From an uncultured Gemmatimonadaceae bacterium (lineage in GTDB: Bacteria > Gemmatimonadota > Gemmatimonadetes > Gemmatimonadales > Gemmatimonadaceae), in contig CAWHHI010000006.1 in NCBI GenBank assembly GCA_963829055.1, positions 512,001 through 576,000 on the forward strand: a stretch of 64,000 bases of DNA. The letters are read 5' to 3'. Position 1 is the first letter of the stretch; each line of letters opens with the position of its first letter. The notes under the pieces are model-generated. The model worked only from the letters and a program-made list of their open reading frames with translations. It had not been told where the DNA came from and did no database searches. The position numbers were made by a program, and so were the translations under genes. Positions 54,829 to 64,000 of this stretch are shown in pieces.

Positions 54829-56369
54829 TACGGCCGATCGACCACCTGTATCGCGGCGCGCGACCGCGTCGCCTAACGCGGTCGCGATCGCCGGGCCGGG
54901 TGAGCCGCTCACGTACGCCGAGTCTGGTAGCGTCGGTCGAGGCGCTCGCGGCCGCGCTCCAGTCGATCGATCCGATGGATCGGGAGCCGCGTCGGCATCT
55001 GCGCCCGGAACACGGTCGAGCACCTGTTCGCGTTGCTCGCGACGTACGCGGCCGGCAAGGTGTGGGTGCCGCTCAACCCGACGAACAGCGCGCGCCGACC
55101 TCGATCGAATGATCGCCGCGACGCGTCCGACGCTGATCATCGCCGACGAATCGAGCGCTCGATCGCTTCACGCCGACCGACGCGCCAGTCGATCCTGGCG
55201 AAGACGAGCGTTCGCCGGGCGAGGAGTCGACCGAGCGTTCGGCGGACTCATCGCCGACTGGCACGGCCGACGACCGACCGTGGTCGATCGCGCGGACGAC
55301 GGCGACGCGCAGATCATCAAGTTCAGCGGCGGAAGCACCGGCGCGCCGAAGCCGGTCGTGCAGTCGGTCCGCTGCGTGAACGCGCAGGTCGACGGAATCC
55401 TCGGCGTGCTTCGAGCTCGACGCGGGCGACGTCAATCTCATCGCCGCGCCGCTCACGCACGGGGCGTCGTGCTTCGTGCTGCCGATCCTCGCCGTGGGTG
55501 GACCGGCACGTGCTGGTCGAGGATCCGAAGCCGCCTCGCGTGCTCGACGCTATCGAGTCGCACGGCGTGACGACAATGTACGCGCCGCCGACGCTCATCT
55601 ACGGTATGCTCGACGACGCCTCCGTCCACGGGCGGAACTACACGCAGCCTGCGTCACGTGATCTACTCGGCCGCGCCCATGCGACCGGAGCAGATCCGCG
55701 AGGCGCAGCGCGTGTTCGGGCCGGTGATCGAGACGGCCTACGGTCAGGTGGAAGCGCCGCAGATCGTGACGGCCATGCGCGCGACGGAGCTCGCGCGCGA
55801 CGAGAATCTGGCGTCGATCGGGCGGCCGTCCCCGGTGGCGGAGGTGGCGATCATGAGCACCGACGGGCGAGCTGCTGCCTAACGGCGAGATCGGGCGAGA
55901 TCGTGGTGCGTGGCCCACTCGTCATGAACGGCTATCTCGATCGGCCCGACATGACGGCCGAGACGATCGTGGACGGCTGGCTGCATACCGGCGACCTCGG
56001 GCTGATCGACGATCGCGGCTACGTGTTCATTCGCGGCCGACTGCGCGAGGTGATCAACAGCGGTGGGTTCAAGGTCTTTCCGGGCGACGTCGAGGCTGCG
56101 CTCGCGAAGCATCCCGCGGTCGCCGAGTGCAGCGTGTTCGGCGTGCGCTGACGAGAAGTGGGGCGAGGCGGTGCACGCCGCCGTGCAGGCTGGTGCCCGG
56201 CGTGCGGTGAGCGCTGCGGAGCTGATCGCGTTCGTGAAGGCGGAGCTCGGGTCGGTGAAGGCGCCGAAGGCGATTCACTTCGTGACGCGAGCTTCCGAGG
56301 AATGCGGCGGGGAAGGTGAGTCGCGCTGCGGTACGTCGGCTGATCGAGGACGCACGCCCTAGCGCCTGA
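54825..56369 (+). CDS. AMP-binding acyl-CoA synthetase (multiple frameshifts)
   Basis: FSGGSTGAPK, YGQVE, GWLHTGDLG, GRLREVINSGG, GKV. Confidence 0.85.
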
Positions 56370-56434
56370 CTAGCTGCGGCACTGCAGGCTGCGCGCTGGG
56401 AACGATCTGCCGACGGCTGCATGCTGCGGCCGCA

Positions 56435-56632
56435 CGCTGCCCGCTGCTGCTATTAGCGCCCGGCGACCTCCGCGCTGCCGCTCGCTGACGGTCTGCCTCG
56501 AACTCGCCAGTCACGCAGCGACTGACGCAGCGATGGCGGCTCGTAGCCGTTCGCCAGGCGGGACTGAAACCTGATGACCGACGACCGAGAACTCACGACG
56601 TGCTACCGGTGAGACCGGTCGCGATGCCGGCC
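56435..56632 (-). repeat. Degenerate flank element, copy 4
   Basis: CGCTGCTGCTATTAGC (56442) and CGGGACTGAA (56559) shared, in the same order, with 32617 and 32752. Confidence 0.5.
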
Positions 56633-56674
56633 TCTAAACCAGCCTCGAACCTTTTCGCCAATTCGCCTGTCTCA

Positions 56675-56693
56675 CCTTCAGACAATCTGAAGG
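56675..56693. promoter_or_regulatory. Probable PadR operator overlapping the RBS
   Basis: CCTTCAGA-CAA-TCTGAAGG inverted repeat just upstream of padR. Confidence 0.7.
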
Positions 56694-56705
56694 AGAGCCG
56701 GAACG

Positions 56706-57066
56706 ATGGCCGAACGAGCCGGGCGAACTGCTGCAGGGCACCCTCGAGATGATGGTGCTCAAGACGCTGTCCCTCGAGCCGATGCACGGGTGGGGGATCG
56801 CGCAGCGCATCCAGCAGATGTCCAAGGACGTCTTCCTCGTGACGCAGGGGTCGCTCTACCCCGCGCTCATCCGCATGAAGCGCCGCGGATGGCTCACGAC
56901 GTCGTGGCGCGTCACCGAGAACAGCCGGCGCGCGCGGTACTACGAGCTCACCGCCGCGGGACGGCGACAGCTTGGCGTCGAGCAGGCGTCGTGGCAGCGC
57001 GCGTCCGCCGCCGTCGACTGGGTCATGAACGCCCGTTGGGCTACCGATGGAGGAGGAAGCGCATGA
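56706..57066 (+). CDS. PadR-family regulator (acidobacterial type)
   Basis: LLQGTLEM, MHGWGI, QGSLYPAL, RRARYYELT..GR. Confidence 0.9.
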
Positions 57067-59732
57067 GCATGCGAGCATGTTCTCGGACATCGTCGAGCGC
57101 GTACGCTCGATCATCTTCCGGCGCCGCGACGAGCGCGAGCTCGCCGAGGAGCTGCGACTTCCACGCGACATGGAAGCGGAGCAGCTCGAGCGTCGCGGAC
57201 AGAGCCCGAGCGAGGCTCGCCGGCGGAGCGCACTGGCGCTCGGCGGCGTCGAGCGGGTGAAGGACGACGTCCGCGACGCGCGCGGCACGCGACTCCTCCA
57301 CGACGGCGGGCGCGACTTCGGCTTCGCGCTGCGCACGCTCGCGCGCAATCCCGGCTTCGCGACGGTCGCCATCCTGACGCTCGCCGTCGGCATCGGCGGA
57401 ACGACGGCCGTGTTCAGCGCCGTCGACGCGGTGCTGCTCCAGCCGCTGCCGTACCAGCAGCCCGGCCAGCTCGTTCGGCTCTATTACACGGACGCACGAC
57501 GCAAGGAGGACCGTGGCGTCGTGACACCCGTGCACTTTCTCGACTACCGCGCAGAGCATGGCGTCGTTCGGGTCGATGGCGGCGCTCGTTCCTGTACAAC
57601 GAGACCGGCGCCGACATCGGCACCGGCGACGACGTCAGGCGCATCCGATTGCTCCCGGTCAGCGCCGACTACTTCGACGTCGTGCGCGTGCAGCCGGTCG
57701 ATCGGGCAGCGCGTTCGGACGCGACGAGGAGAACGGCGGAGCGACGGTCGTCGTCCTCAGCCACGCGCTGTGGAAGGAACGGTTCGGCGCGAAGCCCGTC
57801 GGCCGTCGGCCAGTCACTGACGATGAACGGCCGATCGTACACGGTGGCCGGCGTGATGCCCGACGGATTCGTCGATCCGCTCGCCGGCGCGGTCGACGCG
57901 TGGGTGCCCGGGGACCTCGGCCCGGGTCGGGATCTCGACAACGTCGACAATCACTATCTCTCCGTCATCGCGCGGCTGCGCCCGGACGTGACGATCGCGC
58001 GGGCGCAGGGCGGAGCTCGACCGACTCAGCGCGACGCTGGCCGAGCGGTATCCGCGACGCGCGGTACGCGGGCGCGAGGCTCGACCCACTCAAGGAGGAC
58101 ATCGTCGGGGAATCGAGCGGCCGCTCCAGATCATGCTCGGCGCCGTGGCGCTGGTGCTCGTGCTGATCTGCGTGAACCTCGCGAACCTGCTGCTCGTGCG
58201 CGGCATCGGACCGCGCGCGCGAGTTCGCGCTCCGTTCTGCGTTAGGCGCGGAGCGGCGGCGACTCGTCCGGCAGACACTCATCGAGAGCCTGACGCTGGC
58301 GCATCGCCGGCGACATCGCGGGTATCGTCGTGGCGCGGTTCGCGATGACGGCGATCGTCGCGACTCGGCGCCGGCTCGATCCCGCGACTCTCGTCGCTCA
58401 CGCTCGAGCCGCGACTGCTCGCTGTTCTCGCTCGTCATCGCGTCGCTCAGCGCTCTCGGGTTCGGGCTCGCGCCGGCGCTACGAGCGGCGAGGACGCAGC
58501 CCGGCGACGTGCTTCGCGAGCAGAGCCGCTCGTCGACGAGCGGCGGCGTGCAGATGCGACTACGGCAGTGGCTCGTCGTGTCGCAGGTCGCGCTCGCGTT
58601 CGTGCTGCTCGTGGGCGCAGGGCTGCTGATCGCGAGCTTCCAGCGAATCCGGCAGGTGCCGCTCGGCGTCAAGCCCGACGGGCGTGCTGACGTTCGAGCT
58701 GCACTTGCCGGACGCGCGCTACGATTCGACGGCCCGCGCCCGCTTCTACGAGACGGTGGCCGAGCGGACTGGCCACGCTGCCGGGCGTCGTCGGCGGCGG
58801 GTGGCGTGATCGAAGCTGCCGGCGACGGGCGACTACAACATCTGGGGCACGCGAGCCTGTGACCGGTCCGCTCGCGAACACCGACGCGGTCGAACATAGC
58901 GGCGCAGAATCGCGTCGTCTCCGGGAGATACTTCGACGTCGTCGGCATTCCCCTTGCTCGACGGTCGGCTGTTCGATGAGCACGACGACGCGTCGCGCGC
59001 CGCGCCGCGTGATCGTCAGTCGAGCGGTCGCTGAGCGACTGTTCCCGGGCGTGCGGGCGGTCGGACAGCGCCTGACGACCGGCGACGGCGACCGCGAGAT
59101 CATCGGCGTCGTCGGCCGACGTCGCGCTCGACCCGCAGGGCCGGGCAGGGCGGGTACGTCTATCATCCGCATCGGCAGTTCGCCGGCGACCGAAACTGGG
59201 CGCTCACGCAGGTCGTGCGCACGACGGGCTCGCTGGACGCGCTGCAGGGCAGTGCACGGCGCGTGATCGCGTCGCTCGACCCGCAGCTCGTGATGTACAA
59301 GCCCATGCGCGCTCACCGAGGCGATCGGGCGAGGCGAGGCGCAGCGCGTGTTCACGCTGCGACTGCTGACGACGTTCGCCGGCGTCGCGCTGGCGCTGGC
59401 CGCGCTCGGACTGTTCGGCGTGCTGTCCTACGGCGTGCGGCTCCGCAGCCGCGAGTTCGGGATTCGCATGGCGCTCGGTGCCGATCGCGGGTCGATTCGC
59501 CGCATGGTCATGCGCGAGGGACTGATGGTGACGGCGATCGGCACGCTCCTCGGCTTGTTAGGCGCGGTGGCACTGTCGCGGCTGCATGGCGTCACTGGTC
59601 TTCGGCGTGAGCGCGCTCGACCCGACGGTGATCGTCGGCGCGGCGGTGTTCATGGCGGTCGTCGCGGCGTTTGCGGCCTACTTGCCGGCGCATCGGGCGA
59701 CGTCGGTCGAGCCGAGCACGGTATTGCAGTAG
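57063..59732 (+). CDS. ADOP-type duplicated ABC permease (many frameshifts)
   Basis: [44 protein letters not shown]. Confidence 0.88.
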
Positions 59733-59905
59733 GGAAATCCGGCGGCAGTAGGGATATCCGGCGGCGGCATGGCCAGTATGAAGTGCGTCAGTTACTCAGG
59801 TTCAGGTTTCAGGTATCAGGTGCAAAAGCGTTCACCCTGATACCTGAAACCTCCTACTGACGGCTCACACGCTGATAACTGGCCAGGCTGCGAGATGATG
59901 CCGGC
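59726..59905 (+). repeat. ATCCGGCGGC-family hairpin element, copy 3, with 19-bp tandem duplication at its start
   Basis: GCAGTAGGGA(A/T)ATCCGGCGGC twice; internal IR AGGTTTCAGGTATCAG/CTGATACCTGAAACCT. Confidence 0.75.
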
Positions 59906-59907
59906 GA

Positions 59908-60351
59908 TCATTCCACCTCGACGTGGCCCTTCATACCTAACGCCGCGTGCGGGTCGCACTGGAAGTAGTACTTGCCGGGCGCCATGGTCACCAGAATGTC
60001 GTGCGTCTGCCCTGGCAGCTGCAGCATTTCCGAAGTCGCGGGGAGCCCCGTCTTGATCGTGTTCGAGTCGGGAAGGAAGTTCACGTTATGCACGCCGACC
60101 TTGAGCGTGTATCGGATCACGTCACCCTTGTGGACCTCGAACTCGCTCGGTGAGAAGCGGCTGCTGGTCTCGTCCGTGACCATCTCGACGACGACCACCT
60201 TGCCACCTGGAGCGGGCGTCACCTCGCCCGACGGCCCCGCCGCTGACGGTGCGGCCGACGGGGAACTGTCCGCCGGCTTCGTCTGCTCGGCGCCCTTGCA
60301 ACCGGCGAAGACGAACAGCGCGCCAAGCGCGAGGACTCTCATGCTGTGCAT
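59908..60351 (-). CDS. Plastocyanin/azurin-like cupredoxin lipoprotein
   Basis: Lipobox FAGC; type 1 Cu ligands HNV and CDPHAALGM. Confidence 0.88.
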   Translation of the reverse strand: MHSMRVLALGALFVFAGCKGAEQTKPADSSPSAAPSAAGPSGEVTPAPGGKVVVVEMVTDETSSRFSPSEFEVHKGDVIRYTLKVGVHNVNFLPDSNTIKTGLPATSEMLQLPGQTHDILVTMAPGKYYFQCDPHAALGMKGHVEVE

Positions 60352-60390
60352 TGGATTGTGATTCGGTTGGTGTGTGGAGTCGCGCATCGG

Positions 60391-61194
60391 TCAGAAATCC
60401 TTACGCGCGAACGCGCGAAGTCCGAAGGCGATGGGAAGCGCTGCCCACAAGCTGAGAGCAGCGATGGCGGCGGCCGAACCGGCCGTCGTGCCGAAGAAGC
60501 GCGTGAACACGGCGCCGGTGTAGCCCATGAGCGCCGCAGTATCGGAGTGGAGCACGAGCAACACGCGCGCGAGGTCGATCGGGTTGGCGACGGTGAGCAG
60601 CAATAGCGGGCGCTCCACCGCGTGGTCGCCGAGGACGACCGTCGCGACCAGCACGACGCCGTCATACAACAGCGACGCCAGCAGCCAGATGGCCACGGCG
60701 GTCCCGAGCGCCTTCAGTCGATCCTCGACGCACGTCGCGACGAGGAACGCGAGCGCACCGAACACCACCGTCATCGCCACCGCGGTGCCGAGCAGCGACA
60801 CCACAGCGCCGACATGCCGCGCTTCGACGAGGTCGCGATGCCAGAGCAATGGCGCCGCCACGCCGGCAATCACGGCGGCGCAGAGCGGCAGGGTGAATCC
60901 CAGATACAGCCCCGCGTACAGTCTGCCGCGGCGTACGGGCTGCGCGAGCAGGAGCTCGGTGTAGTCGCGCGAGTTGTAGACGTACACCGTGCCGAAGACG
61001 GCGGTGACGAGCGGCACGACGAACAGCACGATGCTGCCGAGGCTGAGGAGTGCCTTGCTCTCGCCGCCGCCGTAGCGGAGGAGTCCCTCGCCGGTGAGCG
61101 CGAAGAAAAGAGTGTACGCGACCAGCCAGCGGCTGCGAATGAGATCGCGCGTCTGGTAGGCGATGACGCTGCGAACCGTCGACGCGGCGGTCAT
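60391..61194 (-). CDS. nosY: Nos ABC transporter permease
   Basis: VPLV, ELLLAQPV, NPIDLAR, MGYTG, RKDF. Confidence 0.85.
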   Translation of the reverse strand: MTAASTVRSVIAYQTRDLIRSRWLVAYTLFFALTGEGLLRYGGGESKALLSLGSIVLFVVPLVTAVFGTVYVYNSRDYTELLLAQPVRRGRLYAGLYLGFTLPLCAAVIAGVAAPLLWHRDLVEARHVGAVVSLLGTAVAMTVVFGALAFLVATCVEDRLKALGTAVAIWLLASLLYDGVVLVATVVLGDHAVERPLLLLTVANPIDLARVLLVLHSDTAALMGYTGAVFTRFFGTTAGSAAAIAALSLWAALPIAFGLRAFARKDF

Positions 61195-61904
61195 GCTGCC
61201 CTCCGGGTTCGCATCAACTCGGCGACCGCACGCTCGAGATTGTTCTGCCGCGTCAGGCGCTTGAGGTCCCACACGGGCCCCGCGAAGCACACACGCCCGT
61301 CGGCGAGGAAGACGACGTCATCGGCGAGCTCCTCGAGGTCGCTCATGACGTGTGATGTCACGATGACTGTGCGCCCGGAATGGCGGTCGGCGAGAACCTT
61401 GTCCTTGAGTGTTGCGCTCGACACGGGGTCGAGGCCGGCGGTAGGCTCGTCGAGGATCAGCAGGTCCGGCGAGAACGCGAAGGCGAGCGCCGCGTTGATC
61501 TTTTGCCGAGTCCCGCCGGAGAGCGTGCGCACCGGCTTGTTCAGTTGCTCGCCGAGGTCGAACGACTCGAACAGGGTCTCGTCGGCCGGTCGCGCGTCAC
61601 CGCGCAGGTCGCGCAGCATAGCGTAGAGCTCCGCGCCAGTGAGGTTGCTGGGGAATCGCGGCGCCTGCGGCATGTAGCCGATGCGGGCGCGGAACGACTC
61701 GTCGTCACCTAACGTGTGGCCATCGAACACGATGATTCCGGCGTCCGGCCGGGTGAGACCGAGCACCGACTTGAGGAGCGTCGTCTTGCCGGCGCCGTTA
61801 GGCCCGACGAGAGCCGTCACGCGGCCACGTCCGATTGTGAGGTCTACCGCCTGCAGCACATGAAGCGCGCCGAAGCGTTTGCTCAGCCCTCGCGTCTCGA
61901 TCAT
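61191..61904 (-). CDS. nosF: Nos ABC transporter ATPase
   Basis: GPNGAGKT, LSGG, DEPTAGLDP; located between nosD and nosY. Confidence 0.88.
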   Translation of the reverse strand: MIETRGLSKRFGALHVLQAVDLTIGRGRVTALVGPNGAGKTTLLKSVLGLTRPDAGIIVFDGHTLGDDESFRARIGYMPQAPRFPSNLTGAELYAMLRDLRGDARPADETLFESFDLGEQLNKPVRTLSGGTRQKINAALAFAFSPDLLILDEPTAGLDPVSSATLKDKVLADRHSGRTVIVTSHVMSDLEELADDVVFLADGRVCFAGPVWDLKRLTRQNNLERAVAELMRTRRAA

Positions 61905-63320
61905 CGGTGTCTCCGGATGGCTGGGGCCGTGTCGGTGAGTGTTTCTGGCGTGAGCGACGGCAGCGCGCGCTCGGCGGCGTCGAGGACCTGCACGAAGGCA
62001 CTGCGCAGGAGAATCAGCGCCGGACCGTGCCGCTCGACGATCATCGAGAAGAGGCGCACGGGATGATGCGGCAGATCGCCGACGCCATCGCGGTCGAGAT
62101 CGTAGCCGCGGTACGCATCCCAGTAGTTCCCAGTGAACGTGCTGGCCGGTGTTCGTGAGTTCGTGGCGACGTCGAACGTGTTGCCGACGAAGTCGTTCGC
62201 GACGAACTCGCCGTCCACGGTGCTGCCATCGAGCTTGATGGCCCACCCGTTGTCGATGAACTGATTATCGTCGCGCGACAATGCGGTTCGCGCCGTCCGC
62301 GACGAGTGCGGTCGTGTTGTCGACGAAGGCGTTATGCTCGAGGTGTGGGTCGCTGATCTCCTTGAGCAGTAGCCCGTACGCCGCGGCGCCGCGGTTTCCC
62401 TCGAACCGGTTGCCCGCCATCGTCACGCGCTTCGTGTACATGACCGCGACACCAGAGCCATTCTCGCGGAACACATTCTCCGTGTAGACGCAGTCGTCGG
62501 AGTACATGAAGTGCAGCCCGTACCGCAGGTTCGACTCGCTGACGTTGTGGCGGACGTCGGTGTCGTGCACGAACTCGAAGTAGATGCCGTCGCGATACCC
62601 GCGAACGTCATTCCTTTCAATGACGATGTGTCGCGAAGACCAGAGGTGAATGCCGTTGCCTGACGATGCTTCGGTCTTCCCCGACGCGCGCAGCACATTG
62701 TCCGCGATGCGGCACCCTTCCACCTGGGCCAGGTAGATCCCGAAGAACCCGTCGTCGATACGGTTCCGTTCGATCGTGCATCCGTGTGCGCCGCTCACCT
62801 TGATGGCCGCGCGGTCATCCACGTTACTGGCGCCGACTCGGCGGAACGTGAGCCCGCGGATCGTCACGCTGTCGGCGGTCACGGCCATGATCGTCGTTCC
62901 CCAACCGCCATCGAGCACCGCCCCCGAATCGCCGACGAGCGTCACGCGCCGATCGACGACAATGGTCGGTTCGCGATAGACGCCGGCTCGCACTGTGATC
63001 ACCGCTCCCGGCGCTGCCCGGCGTACAGCGTCGCGGATGCTCGAAACGGCGCCGTTAGGCGACACCTCGAGCTCCGCCAGCAGCGGACCGACGTACGGCG
63101 GGAGTCAGCAGGCACGTCGGCCGCGGTTTTGTCGTCGCGACGCATCGCCATATGCCCGGAGTGCACGGCCGCCTCCGCTGTCGCCGCGGACTCGGCGTGA
63201 CTCATCGCGGCAGCGCCCGACGACCGCCACGCAATCGCGCCGACGGCCGCTGAATGCCGTCGTGGCGGCAAGCACGGACGTCAGTGCGGCCGAGGATCGT
63301 CCGCCTGGGCGACACGTCAG
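61901..63320 (-). CDS. nosD: Nitrous oxide reductase maturation protein (frameshifted; start approximate)
   Basis: GNGIHLW, RDGIYFE, RYGLHFMYS, GVAVMY, GNYWD.Y.GYDLDRDGVGD. Confidence 0.9.
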
Positions 63321-63970
63321 GCACCCACTGTCCGGTGAGCGTCTGCGCCGGCGGCCGTCATGTGCTCGACGCCTAACGTCTTACTTTGCCTGCGGGGTGC
63401 TCGGGGCGCGGATACCACCAACGCGGCCGCGCCGAGAAGTATTGCGAGCCCGGCGGCGATTGCGCCGGTGGACGGCCACGACGTTGCCGTGAAGTTCAAC
63501 AGCTGCTTCGTGCCGATCAGCGGTGGCTGGTACGTCATCCCCGGCACCTTGATGATGGCGTTCTCGAAGTCGAGGTCGTGACCGTAGTCGTATTCCCACC
63601 GCCAGAAATCGGCGATGCCCACCGCGCCGAACAGCGCGAACGCGCCGAGCCATACCATCAGCCATCGTCGCCGTCCCGCCGCGGCGACGGCGAGGCCCGC
63701 GACCGCCAGCGCCGCGACGATCCACGGCATCACCTTCAGCTCGGGAATCGCGTCAGGCGAGATCACCTTCATGCCGATGTAGTGATTGAGCTGGTTGATC
63801 TTCATCAGATCGAATTCGCTCGCGCCGCGAACGGTGTTGATGTGGATCGTCATGCCGAGCCCCTCGGGGTACTGAGGGGCGCCGAGGTGCACCGTCCACA
63901 GCGGTGTCACCAGCATCGTGGCGACGGCGAGTGCCGCCGCCACGACGAGGGCTCTGGAGAGCCGATTCAT
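63317..63970 (-). CDS. nosB: Clade II nos cluster membrane protein (NosB-like)
   Basis: PLW..L.APQYPEGL, INQLNHYIGM, YDYGHDLD, YQPPLIGTKQLLNF. Confidence 0.8.
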   Translation of the reverse strand: MNRLSRALVVAAALAVATMLVTPLWTVHLGAPQYPEGLGMTIHINTVRGASEFDLMKINQLNHYIGMKVISPDAIPELKVMPWIVAALAVAGLAVAAAGRRRWLMVWLGAFALFGAVGIADFWRWEYDYGHDLDFENAIIKVPGMTYQPPLIGTKQLLNFTATSWPSTGAIAAGLAILLGAAALVVSAPRAPRRQSKTLGVEHMTAAGADAHRTVGA

Positions 63971-64000
63971 GATCCTGCTCGGTGAGAGATGCGTGCTCGC

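Noticed and set aside
1026..59732. Programmed frameshifting or mass pseudogenisation
   Set aside because: Indels are scattered, patchy, hit conserved genes such as argJ, and come without in-frame stops or slippery motifs; long-read error is the simpler explanation
19386..61803. Integron attC array suggested by GCCTAAC...GTTAGGC cores
   Set aside because: Pairs at attC-like spacing (19386/19485, 35181/35289, 61707/61797) lie inside intact CDSs with no evident attC hairpin, and there is no intI in the window
2602..63377. Telomeric TTAGGC repeats or eukaryotic contamination
   Set aside because: Copies are isolated, never tandem, and embedded in bacterial genes

Overview
GC-rich (about 69% by eye) bacterial chromosomal window. 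The gene content (PadR/ADOP permease cassettes, clade II nos accessory genes, Big_1 and TonB-dependent proteins) suggests Gemmatimonadota; this is an inference. Many genes are broken by single-base indels in patches, most likely long-read assembly error, so several boundaries are reconstructed. I found no rRNA, tRNA, CRISPR, integrase or transposase. About 55 CDSs are recognisable, including a multicopper oxidase locus, clpP, argJ, rsmD, DDAH, kdpDE-like and lytS/lytTR pairs, an aroF-pheA-aroH operon and nosB-D-F-Y plus a cupredoxin. Main observations: (1) the heptamer GTTAGGC/GCCTAAC occurs at least 49 times on both strands and in several reading frames, forcing rare codons; (2) an unannotated Tyr/Phe/Trp-rich leader peptide and attenuator precede aromatic-pathway enzymes that lack their allosteric ACT domains; (3) a nucleotidyltransferase-fold gene is coupled to an EEP phosphodiesterase gene and followed by a 270-bp structured element closed by a perfect 21-bp inverted repeat; (4) both PadR-ADOP cassettes are bracketed by outward-facing copies of one repeat family; (5) about 12 GTCAT-type REP-like palindromes fall into two subfamilies.
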